This document shows positions 37,900 through 49,974 of a DNA stretch of 64,000 nucleotides, in pieces. A program made the translations under genes and the position numbers. Below the pieces are notes generated by a model that saw only the letters and a program-made list of their open reading frames with translations, was not told the DNA's origin and searched no databases. Origin of the DNA: Lama glama (lineage: Eukaryota); the NCBI GenBank assembly GCA_028534125.1, contig CM052817.1:82710001-82774000 (forward strand), in the 5' to 3' direction. Positions within the stretch are counted from its first letter, which is position 1. Each line of letters opens with the position of its first letter.

Positions 37900-39045
37900 G
37901 ATTGTCATCTTGAATATATTACTGAAACAGTTTTGCTAAAGTCTTGTATCAAGTGGGTTTCTCACTTTCTTTTTTTTTATTTCTGTCTATGTTTTGCCTA
38001 ATAGGTGTTGAAGGTATAGTACTATGTGAATATAATTTAAGAATTAATGTATTTTTTAATGGTAGCCACATTCATCTGGATATGCACATTTAACTTACAG
38101 ACGAAAGCTCATCTAGAGGTTTCCTTCTCTTAAGCAAGAGAAGACATTACAACCTTTAATTCTGTTATCCTCTTGTGCAATGACAGGAGTAATCGCTGTA
38201 CGAGCTTTTAAGTTTACCTTGGTTTTATATCTGTTGTACAGGATTTTTGGTTTACTTTGATTTTTACCTCTATGAAATGTATTTATATACACATTTAATA
38301 TTTGTTAGATTTGTCTACAAGTGCTTTTAATTTTTAAAATTTTCACTTAGAAATCCCTTTAATGAGTTTGTTAATGTGAGTTTTTTTCATCTTCTTAGAT
38401 ACATATATATTTAAATATACAAAGTATCTAGATTGACACTTTGCTCTTTGAAGACATCATTTCATTACATGTTCTTTTGTTGCTGTTAAGAAGTAAAGAA
38501 TATGCAGATAATCTGCCTGATCTCTCTGAGTGTTTTTTTTTTTATCTTTAGCCTTTATAGATACAAACATCATTAATAGTTTGTATATTATTGATGGTTT
38601 ACTTTACCACAGTTTGGGATATGTTGCAGTTGCTGGTTAAAACGGATTGGGGTCATTTCACTGGATTCCAGAAATTGCTTAATCATTATTTCTTCCAAGT
38701 GCCTCTACCCCATTTTCTTTATTCTCTTCTTCTGAAATTTAGAATAGTATACACAGGAACTTCTCATCTGCTACCTATGTCTCTTGAATTCTTTATTTTT
38801 TCCATTCTTCTTTCTCTGTGCTGTATTCTCAGTATTTCATTCAGTTGATTCTTCTAGTTCTTGAACTTTGTTTTATATCTGTCTAATAAACTATAAATAG
38901 CAGTTATATCTGCTATTTAACTCATGTATTCTTATCAATTACTATGTATATTTCACTCCAAGAATTTTAACTGGTTTCTTTTCACATATGCCTGGCAGAT
39001 TTTTAATGTTTTTATCCTCTCTATTGTTTTTACTTTTTGTAATAA
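37900..39045 (-). mobile_element. Ancient L1 (L1ME-like) ORF1 region
   Basis: T-rich antisense L1 motifs 'ctttgaagacatcatttcatt', 'ttctttctctgtgctgtattct', 'cttctagttc'. Confidence 0.6.
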
Positions 39046-39052
39046 GTTTTGA

Positions 39053-39465
39053 AGTGGCTGTTCATGCGCACCACCCAGAACTAGTCGAAGAAAACCCATT
39101 GCAGGAAGCAGTTCTGCCACTGCCCCTGTGGATTCTCTAGAGCATTCACATTAAAGACACATTTCCTTATTCACTCTCACAAATGACAAAGCACAGTGGG
39201 GTTGCTATAGAGACAGCCCATCATTGTTCTATGTAGGACTCTTCCAATGGGTGGAACCCCAAAGGACTGTCAGAGAGTTCCTTACAAATTTGCTGTAATG
39301 TAAGACTTTTCCTATTCAATTCTTCCTTCCCTTTCTCTTTCATAGGAATCAGACATGCCTCTCCATCTCCCCTTCCTTTACCCATCATTAGCATTTCCTC
39401 CCATATATATCTTGTATGTCTAATTCTGATCTGGCATTTGAGTCACAAAAGACACTGATCATTAT
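39053..39465 (+). mobile_element. LTR16-like ERVL solo LTR
   Basis: 'gtaggactcttccaatggg...taagacttttcct...tcttccttccctttctctttcatagg...cttgtatgtctaattctgatctggcat'. Confidence 0.65.
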
Positions 39466-39599
39466 AGTATTTGAAGCCTTTGCGAAAATCAAATTCTGCA
39501 ATATGTAGTTATTCTCACTTAGTTTGGCTTGTTTCTTCCTGTGTCTACTGTGTTTATTACTTTTTAATTGCAATTTTGGGTTTCATCCTTGCCTTGAAC

Positions 39600-39840
39600 A
39601 ACCGTTCATTAAATACCCATTTTGAGACAAGCATTGTTCCAGAACACATCAGTAAACAGACAAAACAAAACAAAAATCCATGTCTGGAACTTTTATTATA
39701 ATGGGTAGGGGTGGTGGAGAGACAAATAATAAAATATAATAAAATACTGTAGTATGTTAAGTGCAATACATTCTGCAGGAAAAACAAAGAACAGGGTAAG
39801 GATAGTCAGAATTGCAAAGGAAGAGGAAGAAGTGAATTAC
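39600..39840 (-). mobile_element. L2 (continues at ~40866-41095 after the L1 insertion)
   Basis: 'ttcattaaataccca...caagcattgttc...ggagagacaaataat'; resumes 'ttttaagtagagtggatagaacag...gcaggtgaca'. Confidence 0.65.
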
Positions 39841-40358
39841 AATTTTTAAAATTATGGTAAAAAGCACATAACATACAATTTGCCATCTTAACTATTCTAA
39901 GTGCGCAGTTTAGTAGTGTTAACTATGTTCACACTGTTGTGTAATGGATCTCTAGAACTTTGTCATTTTACAGAATTGAAACTTTATACCCATTGAACCA
40001 CTCCCCATTTTGCCCTTCACCCCAGCCCCTGGCAACCATCATTCTATTTTGTTTTTGAGTTTGACTACTTTTAATATCACGTAAGTGAAATTATACAATA
40101 TTTGTCTTTTGTGATTGTTTTATTTCATTTAGCATAATGTCCTAAAGTTTCATCACTATTGTAGCATGTGATAGGATTTCTTTATTTTTTTTTTAAGGTT
40201 GAATAACATTTTGCTGTACGTATGCCACATTTTGTTTATCCATTCTTCCATCAGTTTACATTTGGGTTGCTTCTACTTCATGGCTATTGTGAATAACAAT
40301 GCAGTGAACATGGCTGTATAAATATCTCTCTGAGATCCTGCTTTCTATGCTTTTGGGA
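39841..40358 (-). mobile_element. L1MA-type 3' end (non-inverted part of a twin-primed L1)
   Basis: 'aatttgccatcttaactatt...tctagaactttgtcattttacagaattgaaactttatacccattgaac...gagatcctgctttc'. Confidence 0.9.
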
Positions 40359-40856
40359 CTACATTAAACTTAAAAACTTTTGTGTATCAAGGAAGCAATC
40401 AGAGTGAGAGGCAACTTACATAATGGGAGAACATCTTTGCAAATGTCTAATGAGTTAATATACACAATATATAAAGAACTCCTACAACTCAACAGCAAAA
40501 AAACTCCCAAACAACCCAGTTTAAAAATGGGCAAAATCCTTGAATAGACATATCTTGAAAGAAAATATGCAAATGGACAATAAGTATATGAAAAGATGCT
40601 CAACATCACTAATCATTAGAGAAATATAAATCAAAACTACAAGAAGATACCACCTCATGAGAATTAAGATAACCATTATAAAAAAATATAAACAAAAAAC
40701 CCCCAGAAAATAACATGCTTGCAAGAATAGGGAGAAATATGGAATCCCTATTTGTGGGACTGTAAAATGTTGCAACCTATATGGAAAACAGTACGGTGGT
40801 TCCTCAAATAATTAAAAATAGAATCACCATGTGGTCTAGCAATCCCACTTCAGGGT
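40354..40856 (+). mobile_element. L1 ORF2 segment (inverted 5' part of the same L1)
   Basis: 'tgggactacattaaacttaaaaact...aaagatgctcaacatcactaatcattagagaaat...agcaatcccacttcagggt'. Confidence 0.9.
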
Positions 40857-41108
40857 TGCAATTTTAAGTAGAGTGGATAGAACAGATTTCATTAAGCAGG
40901 TGACAATTAGACAACAACTTCAGGCTGGTTAAAGAATCAGCTATAATGTTATCTAGAGAAAGAGGATTTCACTAGAAGGAACAGCTAGTAATAGGTACTA
41001 AGATAAGATATGTTTAGAGTCTATGAAAACTTGCCAGAAGACAGAATAGTTGGGAAGAGTGAGCTAGAGGGTAAGCATAGCAGGAGGTGAGCTCAGAAAA
41101 GGAACTGG

Positions 41109-42408
41109 CACATAGATCAGTGGAACAGAACTGAGAACCCAGAAGTAAACCCACACACGTATGGACAATTAATTCATGACAAACAAGAACATACAATGGA
41201 GAAAGGATAGTCTCTTCTACAAACAGTGTTAGGAAAACTAGACAGTCACATGCAAAATAATGAAACTAGACCACTCTCTCAAACCATACTCAAAAACCAA
41301 CTGAAAAAGGATTAAAGACTCAAATGTAAGCCCCGAAACCATAAAACTCCTAGAAGAAAACAGACCTTAGCGATACCTTTCTGGACATATCTCCTCAGGT
41401 AAGGGAAGAGAAATAAAAAAGAAACAAATGGGACTATATCAAACTAAAAAGCTTCTATACAGCAAAGGAAGCCACCAACAAATGAGAAGACAACCTACTG
41501 AATAGGAGAAGCTATTAAATTATATATTCTCATAAGGGGTTAATATCCAAAAAATATAAAGAACTCATACAACTCAACAATAACAGAAAAAAAAAACCCA
41601 ATTTAAAAATGGGGAGGATAAAAATATTTTTAAAAAGGGCAGAGGACCTTAATAAATATTTTTCCAAAGTAGACATACAGATGGCCAACAGGAATATGAA
41701 AAGATGTTCAATATCACTGATTATCTGGGAAATGCAAATCAAAACCACAATGATGTATCACCCACGCCCATTAGAACGGTTATGATCAAAAAGCAAGAGC
41801 AAGAAATGTGCTGAAGAAAATGTGAATAAAAGGAAACCCTCGTGCACTGTTGGTGGGAATGTAAACTGGTACAGCCACTATAGAAAACAGTATTAAGATT
41901 CCTCAAAAAATCAAGAATAGAAGTAACATGATCAAGAAATTCCACTTCTGAGTATTTATCTAATTAAAACAAAAACAGTACTTCAAAAGATGCACGCATC
42001 CTTATGTTCATCTCAGTATTATTTACAATAGCCAAGATGTGGGAATAACCTAAGTGCCCCAAGACAGATGGATAGATAAAGAAGACATGTTATCTAAACA
42101 CACACACACACACACACAAACACACACAGGAATACTACTCAGCCATAAAAAGATGAAATCTTGCCATTAGTGAAACATAGATGGACCTTGAGGACATTAT
42201 GCTAAGTGAAATAAGTCAGGCAGAGAAAGATACATATATTATGATTGTACTTACATGCGGAAAGTTTTAAAAAATTAAAATTAAAATCAAATGAATACAC
42301 CAAACCAAAGCAAACACATAGATACAGAGAATAAAGCAGTGGTTACCAGTGGGGAAGGGTGTGCAGGGAAGGTGAAATAGGTAAGGAGGTTAACTGTATG
42401 GTGGTGAG
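41109..42408 (+). mobile_element. L1 ORF2 3' part and 3'UTR lacking its own terminus
   Basis: 'cacatagatcagtggaacagaactgagaacccagaa' through 'gaggttaactgtatggtggtga'; internal (CA)n at 42097-42128. Confidence 0.92.
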
Positions 42409-42413
42409 TTTCC

Positions 42414-42795
42414 TTTTATGTTGAGTAATGTTCCCTCAAAATTCACGTCCACCTGGACACTCAAAATGTGACCTTATTTCTAAATAGGGTCTTTGCAAAT
42501 TTGATTAATTAAGGATCTCAGGATTAAATCATCCTGGGTTTAGGAGTAGGCCCTAAATCCAATGACTGGTGTCCTTCTAAGAAGAAGAGACAGAGAAGAC
42601 AGTCATGTGAAGCTGGAGGCAGAGATGGAGTTCTGTTCTCATAAGCCAAGGAAGGACTGGGGCCACCAGAAACTACAAGAGGCAAAGGATTCTTTCCTAG
42701 ATCCTTCAGAGGGAGCATGGCCCTGCTGACACCTGGATTTCAAACTTCTAAGCCTCCAGAACTGGAAGGAAATACATTTCTATTGTTTCCAGCCA
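42414..42795 (+). mobile_element. MLT1C-like MaLR LTR lacking U5, followed by an A-rich tail
   Basis: 'aatgtgaccttattt...aatagggtctttgca...ccttcagagggagcatggccctgctgacacct...cctccagaact...aatacatttctattgtttccagcca'. Confidence 0.9.
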
Positions 42796-43349
42796 AACGA
42801 AAAAGAAAAAGAAAAGCAACTAGTAGTGCAAGGATAAGGTTAAGGTGGATAACTGATGTTTCTTTGAGACCTATTTCTAGTGCAATCTTTAATACAGTTT
42901 CTCTGTTGCCTCTTAAGAGCTGTATCAGACAACTTTAACTGAATATTTGCTTGAGGTTTCCTGGAATTCAGGTAGAGGTGCACAAATCTTCACTTCTTTT
43001 TTACCTTCCTTACTGTAATTATCCATGCTTTCTTTTTGATTAAGTAAGTAATCCTGTCCCAGAGCCCACTGTAGATGTTACAACAAATAGGATAATTGTG
43101 CCTTCTTATCTCTATAAACTCCTGAAATTCTGAAAATCAATGTATCTGACTCCAAGGGTTTCAAGTAAGAGGTTAGGGATCTATGCTTAGTCTGACATTT
43201 TTCCTCTCACTCTGGGATTGAAATGAAAGTTGACAAAGAGAAGTTTATCCTTCAAGATTTCCACAAACCTCAGCTTATACACAACATATTTTTAAGTTCA
43301 TCTGGATATACACTGCATTAATTTAAATAATAAAACCGACTTAAATTCC

Positions 43350-43373
43350 ATATATATATATACACACACACGC

Positions 43374-43410
<37 letters not shown>

Positions 43411-43430
43411 TATATACACACACATACACA
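43350..43430. repeat. Compound (TA)n/(CA)n microsatellite
   Basis: Alternating TA and CA runs. Confidence 0.95.
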
Positions 43431-44899
43431 ATAAAATACTTGGCTAATAATGTTTACACTAATAATATTGATTCTTGCCAGACCCAGTTTCATCCCTACT
43501 CAAGGGTAAGAATTTGTGCTCCACTCAGTCACTGACCCAGCAAGGAAATAAATCAAGAAATCTGTCCTCTTCAGTGGCTGAGACTTGAACCTAACTGTTT
43601 CTGGAGGTCAGACTAGAGCCAGAATCATTAATAAGACCACAGCTCTAGAAAGCTTTCTTTAGGGTTCCTGCCTCCTTCCCAAGTTTTGTGATTGCTCCTC
43701 CACCTGGTTTCCTAGAAATACATTCCAGCCCCGTTCCCCCCGCCCCGCCCCAGGTCTGACCTCCATTCACCCACTGGGGCTGGATCCCTCTTCTGAGTAA
43801 CATCCAGCCTCTCTGTGAGCCTGAAAGTTTCCCAGATGCTGCACATTCCCTTGCCTCCCAACTTGGATCCTTCCTTGCATAATCTACTTGGATCTTTCTC
43901 CAATGAGATCACTAAGAACTGTGCTGCCGACCACCACATTAATTATTCCCACTTTTGCTTAGACTTCTACTTTGATGCCCTCTAACCTGCTCAGATATCC
44001 TTGGGAATACATACCAGTTCAGACTGCACTTGGGAACTTAGGGCTAACCCCACCATAAAAAAGGGTTCTTAAATTTTAAGTTTTCCCTATTCCTAGTTTT
44101 ATTCCTTTTCACAACTTTTGGAGATCCAGTATTCCATTGCCCTAAAGTAACACGGGTTTTGACTTAACACACATTCCCAAATAAGATCTGGGAGTTAAGA
44201 TTGAAAGCCTCTCAGCCAATATACATCATTTTCTCTCTGTTTAAATATTTTTAAATCTCTAATGGGAATGAGGTTTCCACTATTAGATTAGTTCAACATA
44301 TGGGTCTTAGTGATCCAGTAAAGGCCAAAAAAACATAGGGATGGGTCTGACAGACCTCAAGTTATTTTATGGCAAATTTTACAAAATATCATATTAAAAT
44401 AAGGTTAAACTTGATATCTGTCTCTTTAACCTATGTTAACTCATTGCAAATACTAATGAATCTGTGAAGCAAAGTATTGAAAAATTTCACTAAATACATT
44501 GCAAAGTTTAGGTAATGAAGATACCAGTCATGTTATAAGAATACTCTGTATGGGGAGGGTAGACTAGACAACCCGAATAAATTCATTTCAATATCCAACA
44601 GCATTTTCAGCATAACCTTTCATTTATCTGTCCTTGTCTTTGTCTTACTGAGTAGTTTAAGGTTTCAGAGAAACCAGATTATTAAACTGATCCTAATCTG
44701 ATGAAGAATGTAGTTAGAACCACAGTAGAACTGTCTACGATCACTGTTGAGGATACACTGTTGCTATTTACTTAAGTGAATACGTAGGAGTCAGTTGGCC
44801 TGTATCAGGGGTCGTGCCTATCTAAGAATGTATTACCAAGTCACTTGAAAATATTCAACAGAACTTTAAAAAAATTCCTTGTGGACGAACAGAAATACC

Positions 44900-45275
44900 A
44901 ACAGCTGACACACGTGAGCACCGTGTGAGAAGCATGATCACTGCAGTTAACATTTAATCCTCGTGAAAAAGACACTTGGACATAAAGATATGAAATTAGT
45001 AAGTCAAAACCCCGCAACTAGAATCGATGAAATGGAAACTTGACTCAGGTTTCTGGAAACAGGATACTGTAGAAGTTAAGCTTACGGGTTTTGGAATCAG
45101 GTTAGGTAATTTCAAATCCTAGCATTAATATTGCATTAGTATTATTGAATAAGGTACCAGGTTCATTAAATGTAAATTAGAGAAATAAGAATCTATACCA
45201 CCAGGTCCTTTGAAAGTGACATATATAAAGTAAGCATTCAATAAGATGGTTATGTAATCTTTCATTAAATTTTTA
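44900..45275. mobile_element. Two degenerate MIRs in opposite orientation
   Basis: 'catttaatcctcgtg...aagtcaaaaccccgcaactag' (-) followed by 'ttttggaatcagg...tcaaatcctagc...tgtaaattagag' (+). Confidence 0.45.
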
Positions 45276-46834
45276 GCCTGGCTCTTTGTTCTTAACTATT
45301 CTATTTACGCTTTGACCCAGTGATAAAATAGTTATGTGCAAATTCTTTTTTGTAGTTACAATCGTCAATGAAAAGATTAAAAACAATAATTAGTAAATAT
45401 GAGGGGTTGGCATGTATTAAGTTGTGATTATGTAAAGTGTGATTAAAGTCAGATAAAGTGTCAGTATCTCCCATACATCTTATTACAATGTCGATCCAAC
45501 CTCAGTGTGCAACTGTCAGATTTATTTACACCTGCTCTGTGTTCAAACAGTAGTCAGTTTCTCATCATTCATTTTTGGAATGTGCAATCTTTCTTTACCC
45601 TCCCTGCAGCCATGCTGTACACCGCCCCCATATTACTCTGTACAATAGATGTTAAGTTAAATAGAGTGTTCATCAAATTTATCTATATGTACATTTAGCT
45701 GCTGCTATTTTTAATGGCAACTCTCCAGATTAACACAGTAAGAAAGAAAATAGTGTGTTCTCCAAAATGCCTGATGTCTGTGAAAACTGTATCTATACAA
45801 GCTGTTCACTCTGTGTCATGCTGCCACAGTAAAAGAGAGTTTACAAATTCACCAAGATTTTCAGAGGGAGGAAATAAAATTTCTAAGCTTGATACTATTT
45901 GGCAAATTTTCCCCACTGTTGAGACGTGACTTGTCTTATGGAAAATTCCGTATTAAATGAGCTGCAGTGTTCCAAATTTTCAGTCCCATTGTGTGGGGTA
46001 CCTTTATACCTGCCCAAACAGATTTTTCCATACACCAGAAACATAAATTAGACACAAGCACGAGGGGAGTCAATGTTAGTAATTACTTGCTTTTGAAAAT
46101 TGTTATTTAGGATTATGCACAAATAAACCTGAAATTTCCATCTCTAATCTGCACCCAGAACTTGGTGTCTGGATAATTCAAAATTAAAACATTTATTTTT
46201 AAAACTCCATGTTCAGTTAAGGTTTAAAAGGGAGTAAAAAGGAAGAGAAATACTTCATTTTTTTCTGCTGTTACTATTTAGATGAGTAAAATAAAACTAA
46301 TCATATGGGTATTAAGGTCTCCAGTATCATTTATGAAATCTTGGGAAAAGTCTTTTATTTAATGTGAACTTTTTTCTAGCCAGAATCAAGCACTCTTTTA
46401 AAGAATTTTTTATTATAATAGGCTAAGTTTCCAACTAATTTGTAATTTGACTGCAGCTGCCTAAGGACAAGTCCAAAATGTATCTTCTAAATGCATGTTT
46501 CAAATGTATATTTTCCAAAATGCATGGTTCTGTTTCCTTTCTAATTTTCCACTTCCATCAGACGCAAGTTCCTTTTGACCAATAAATAATTTTACACTTT
46601 CCCTTTTACTATGAACTAAATGAAGTTCAGAGATAAAACAAGCCTTTATAAATCTTATGGTGTGACTCATAGGATAAGTAACAAAATAGTTACATCATTT
46701 CAACAATTTTATATGTTTGTATTTAAGTGACAAAACCCAGAAGTTATTCTGAATAGGAAGTAAGGGAAAATAAAAAGCAAAATTAGGTGGGCATTAAATG
46801 TACACTTGTATTAAGATAAGAAATGATCATCTAA

Positions 46835-46991
46835 GAGGGGAGGATATTGCTCAGGGGTAGAGCGTGTACTTAGCATGCAGAAGGTCCTGGGTCCAATCCC
46901 TAGTGCCGCCCTTAAAAATAAACAAATAAACAAACCTAATTTCCTCCCCTTCACAAAGAAAAAAAGGAAGAAAGGAAAGAAGAAAGAAAGA
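46835..46991 (+). mobile_element. Vic-1-like camelid tRNA-derived SINE with TSD
   Basis: A-box-like 'ttgctcaggggtagagc', B-box-like 'gggtccaatccc', 'aaataaacaaacctaatttcctcccc', GA-rich tail; TSD 'aaatgatcatctaa' 46821-46834 and 'aaatgataagctaa' 46992-47005. Confidence 0.85.
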
Positions 46992-47449
46992 AAATGATAA
47001 GCTAATCTTACTTATATATAAGAGAAAGAGGATAAGAGAAAATGCCCCAAGTCAGAATTCCATGTTACTGACTGCAGAGTGAAAAAACTAAGATGGGGAA
47101 TACCTATCTCATGTTGGCAATAAAAGTATTAACATGTTAATTAAAGTAAATATATACAAAATATTTAGCAAATGCTTACCAAATGCTTACCTCCCTTTCT
47201 AGTTTATTTACCAATAATGTTATAGCATTAAAATGACACACTTACTGATTGACTAGACATGAGATCCTGAATGAATTCAAATGTCTAACATCATCAATAA
47301 AATACTTTTATTCTAATTAACCTTCTACCTACACACTGATTTTCTCCTAAATCACTAGATTCTTTGTGGAAGTTCCTGTAATTTTGGCTTTCAGCATTAT
47401 CCTGTCCAGATGTACAGACACAATTTACATTTGAGATAAATTTTGGCCA

Positions 47450-47632
47450 CAGAATACTCGTAAGTTGTGTGGTCTGTGAGAAAATTCTTTGTTATGCAGG
47501 ACTGTTCTATGCATTGCATCCCTGGCCTTTGCCAAAGCCTGTCCCCAATCATTATTACCAAAAATCTCACCAGTCTTTTCTGTGCTCCCTGTTCCCCAGG
47601 GGTGTGCTGCCCACCGTCGAATGCCTACTCCA
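47450..47632. mobile_element. hAT-Charlie fragment (MER20/MER113-like)
   Basis: 'aattctttgttatgcaggactgttctatgcattgcatccctggcct...ccaaaaatctcacca'. Confidence 0.6.
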
Positions 47633-47899
47633 TTCGACACTGGAAACTGAGGAAGCTGTTAAATACAGGGCAATATGTGGCTTGGAATGACTCATTGGAG
47701 TAACAGGAGATTTTGTATTGAAAAAAATGTATTAAGTACATGTACATATATATTACAAAAATTACCCATCACAGAAATAGGGTTTATTAGAGTGACATAA
47801 AAATTCTCCAAACATCACCACTGTGTCCTGGTACTAAACTCTTCCTTTTCTTTGTCCAAGGGTCTGATCTCATACCAGCCTTCCTTTGTTCAATTTATT

Positions 47900-48282
47900 T
47901 TCCTTGGTACTTTCCAGTCTTTTTCTTAATTATGGTTCAATATTTTCCCTCCCAAAGACTACACTATCTGCATGACTACCTACTAGTACTCAGTCAGACA
48001 TCACCTTCCACTCACTTCCTAACAGAGGTCTGTCCTGGACCTATTTGTCTTTAGGAGCCATCTCACCTCTTCCACGTCACTTCCCCATCCTCCAACAGCC
48101 ATTCTCTACCTCATCACTCCATTTTATTTCTGCTGCAGCATCTACACTATTTTGTTCCTCCCTCACCAGAATATAAGAAGGACAACAACCAATACTATCC
48201 TACCAAAAATGATAACCTCAGTGCCTAGAATACTGCCTGGTGCATAGTAATTACAGTGACAGGGACCTAAGTGAATGAGTGC
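47900..48282 (+). mobile_element. L2 3' region
   Basis: 'cctcagtgcctagaatactgcctggtgcatagta...gtgaatgagtg'. Confidence 0.7.
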
Positions 48283-49269
48283 ATCTCTTCTTTCCTGGAA
48301 AACAATCACCAATATCTTTACAACTGATCTCCACTTGTCTCTAATGTCTACAACTGCTGCTCGGCTTTTGTACAGATCTGACAAAAAGCTACATGTGTGT
48401 GGGTGGGGGTCCTGTCACAGCTTCCAAATTAATGTTAAAGAATAATGTTGACATTCATTCCAAACCCAGTTCTTTAAACCGGCCAAATGTTTGTCTTGTA
48501 TCTAAATAAAATACACAACTTCTAATTATCTAGATTTTTTTTCCTAGAAAAGTATATATGGTTGAAACCACTGAAAAATATGCTGGTGTTACTTCTTCAC
48601 ATTTTTTACTTAATATTGGTTCTTTAAATCTCATTTTAGTATTAAATAATTTCCTCCAAATGAAATAGAAATGTAGCCATTCCTGGTAGTTGACTGATTT
48701 TACCACATTATTTTTCCTTTCCAGATGCCATGGTTTTATGTAGTGTAAATGATCCTCTCATTACCAGATGGTATGAGAAAGAAACTGCTTCAGGGAGGTA
48801 TATGCTATATAAGCCTGTACATTGACTAGCTATAAAAAAGCAAAACTTTGTAAACTAGCCAGTAAAGTATCTGAACTCAGTCAGCAGTGTGGACTTGGGA
48901 ATGCAAACACTGAACTCCCCATCTCACCAGATGTGGACATTCCTAATGGATGGTAAGTTCAGTCAACCAATAAAATGTTTTCAACTTACAGCTTAAAGTA
49001 GTGATTATAATGCTAATGTTCTTTGCTTAGAAAGTACAAGTGAAGGAGAAAGATACAGAGAAAGAAAAGCAAATCATCTTGCAAAGCAAATATTTACCAG
49101 ACTAATTCTTCATATAGCCTACTTTTAGACTTTCACAACGTATAATATGCAAGATATAAAAGAATTACATAAAGATTTAGATAACTGCTGATTGTATTTA
49201 TTATCACTTCCAACCTAATCCCAATCACTAGTTTAACTGCACTGATTGTAAGTGTGATTGTAAAAGAGG

Positions 49270-49830
49270 CATTTATCACAAAACTACTTATCAAGTTGAT
49301 GACTCCCAAATATTTACTCTCTCCTGATTTGAGATATTCATACTTGAATTTTCAACTATTAACATCAACTTAGCATGTATACAGCTAAATTCAATCTCAT
49401 CTTTGTCTCTAAATAAATCATCTGGCTGATTCCTCTGTTCATCCCAGCATCACAGATGTAAACTTAAAAAAAGAGAATTACTCTCTGACTCCTATGCTCC
49501 CAGCCTTGTCACACTTGTCAGCAGTGGATTCATTATTTTCCCTTTACTTATCTCATTATTTCAAGTATCTGTCTTCTTTTCCACTCCCACTCACCTGCGG
49601 AGCCTCATCAAATGGATCTGTGAACTACAGAATGAACTTCAGACTTTGAATTTCTCAACCTCAGTAAAGTATATTATAGGTGAATCTGAAAGCCATGTTA
49701 TCGTATAGCATTATTCTCTTCAAGAACAGTAACATGTCTCCCCACTTTTTTTTTTTTTTACCTCTGGAATGAGTCCAGATTCATTGAAATAGAAAGGATC
49801 CACTATGACCTAGCTTTACCCATTCGACCC
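49270..49830 (+). mobile_element. L2 ORF2 fragment
   Basis: 'gatgactcccaaat...tctctgactcct...ttttccactcccact...gactttg...tcttcaagaac'. Confidence 0.55.
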
Positions 49831-49974
49831 AAAAAATGTGATGTGAACTTATATTCAAATAGGAGATCTCACATCTTTATTCATTCTTATTATTTTTCAA
49901 ACTCTGATGGGAGGAAATATGATTCTCAGTATGCTCTCCAGTACCACAGGACCCAGCACGGGAAGAGTATAGTA

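Noticed and set aside
40370..41945. Several minus-strand ORFs (e.g. [12 protein letters not shown])
   Set aside because: Well-known antisense translations of L1 ORF2.
46835..46912. tRNA-like gene
   Set aside because: Degenerate stems plus SINE body, tail and TSD show it is a SINE, not a tRNA gene.
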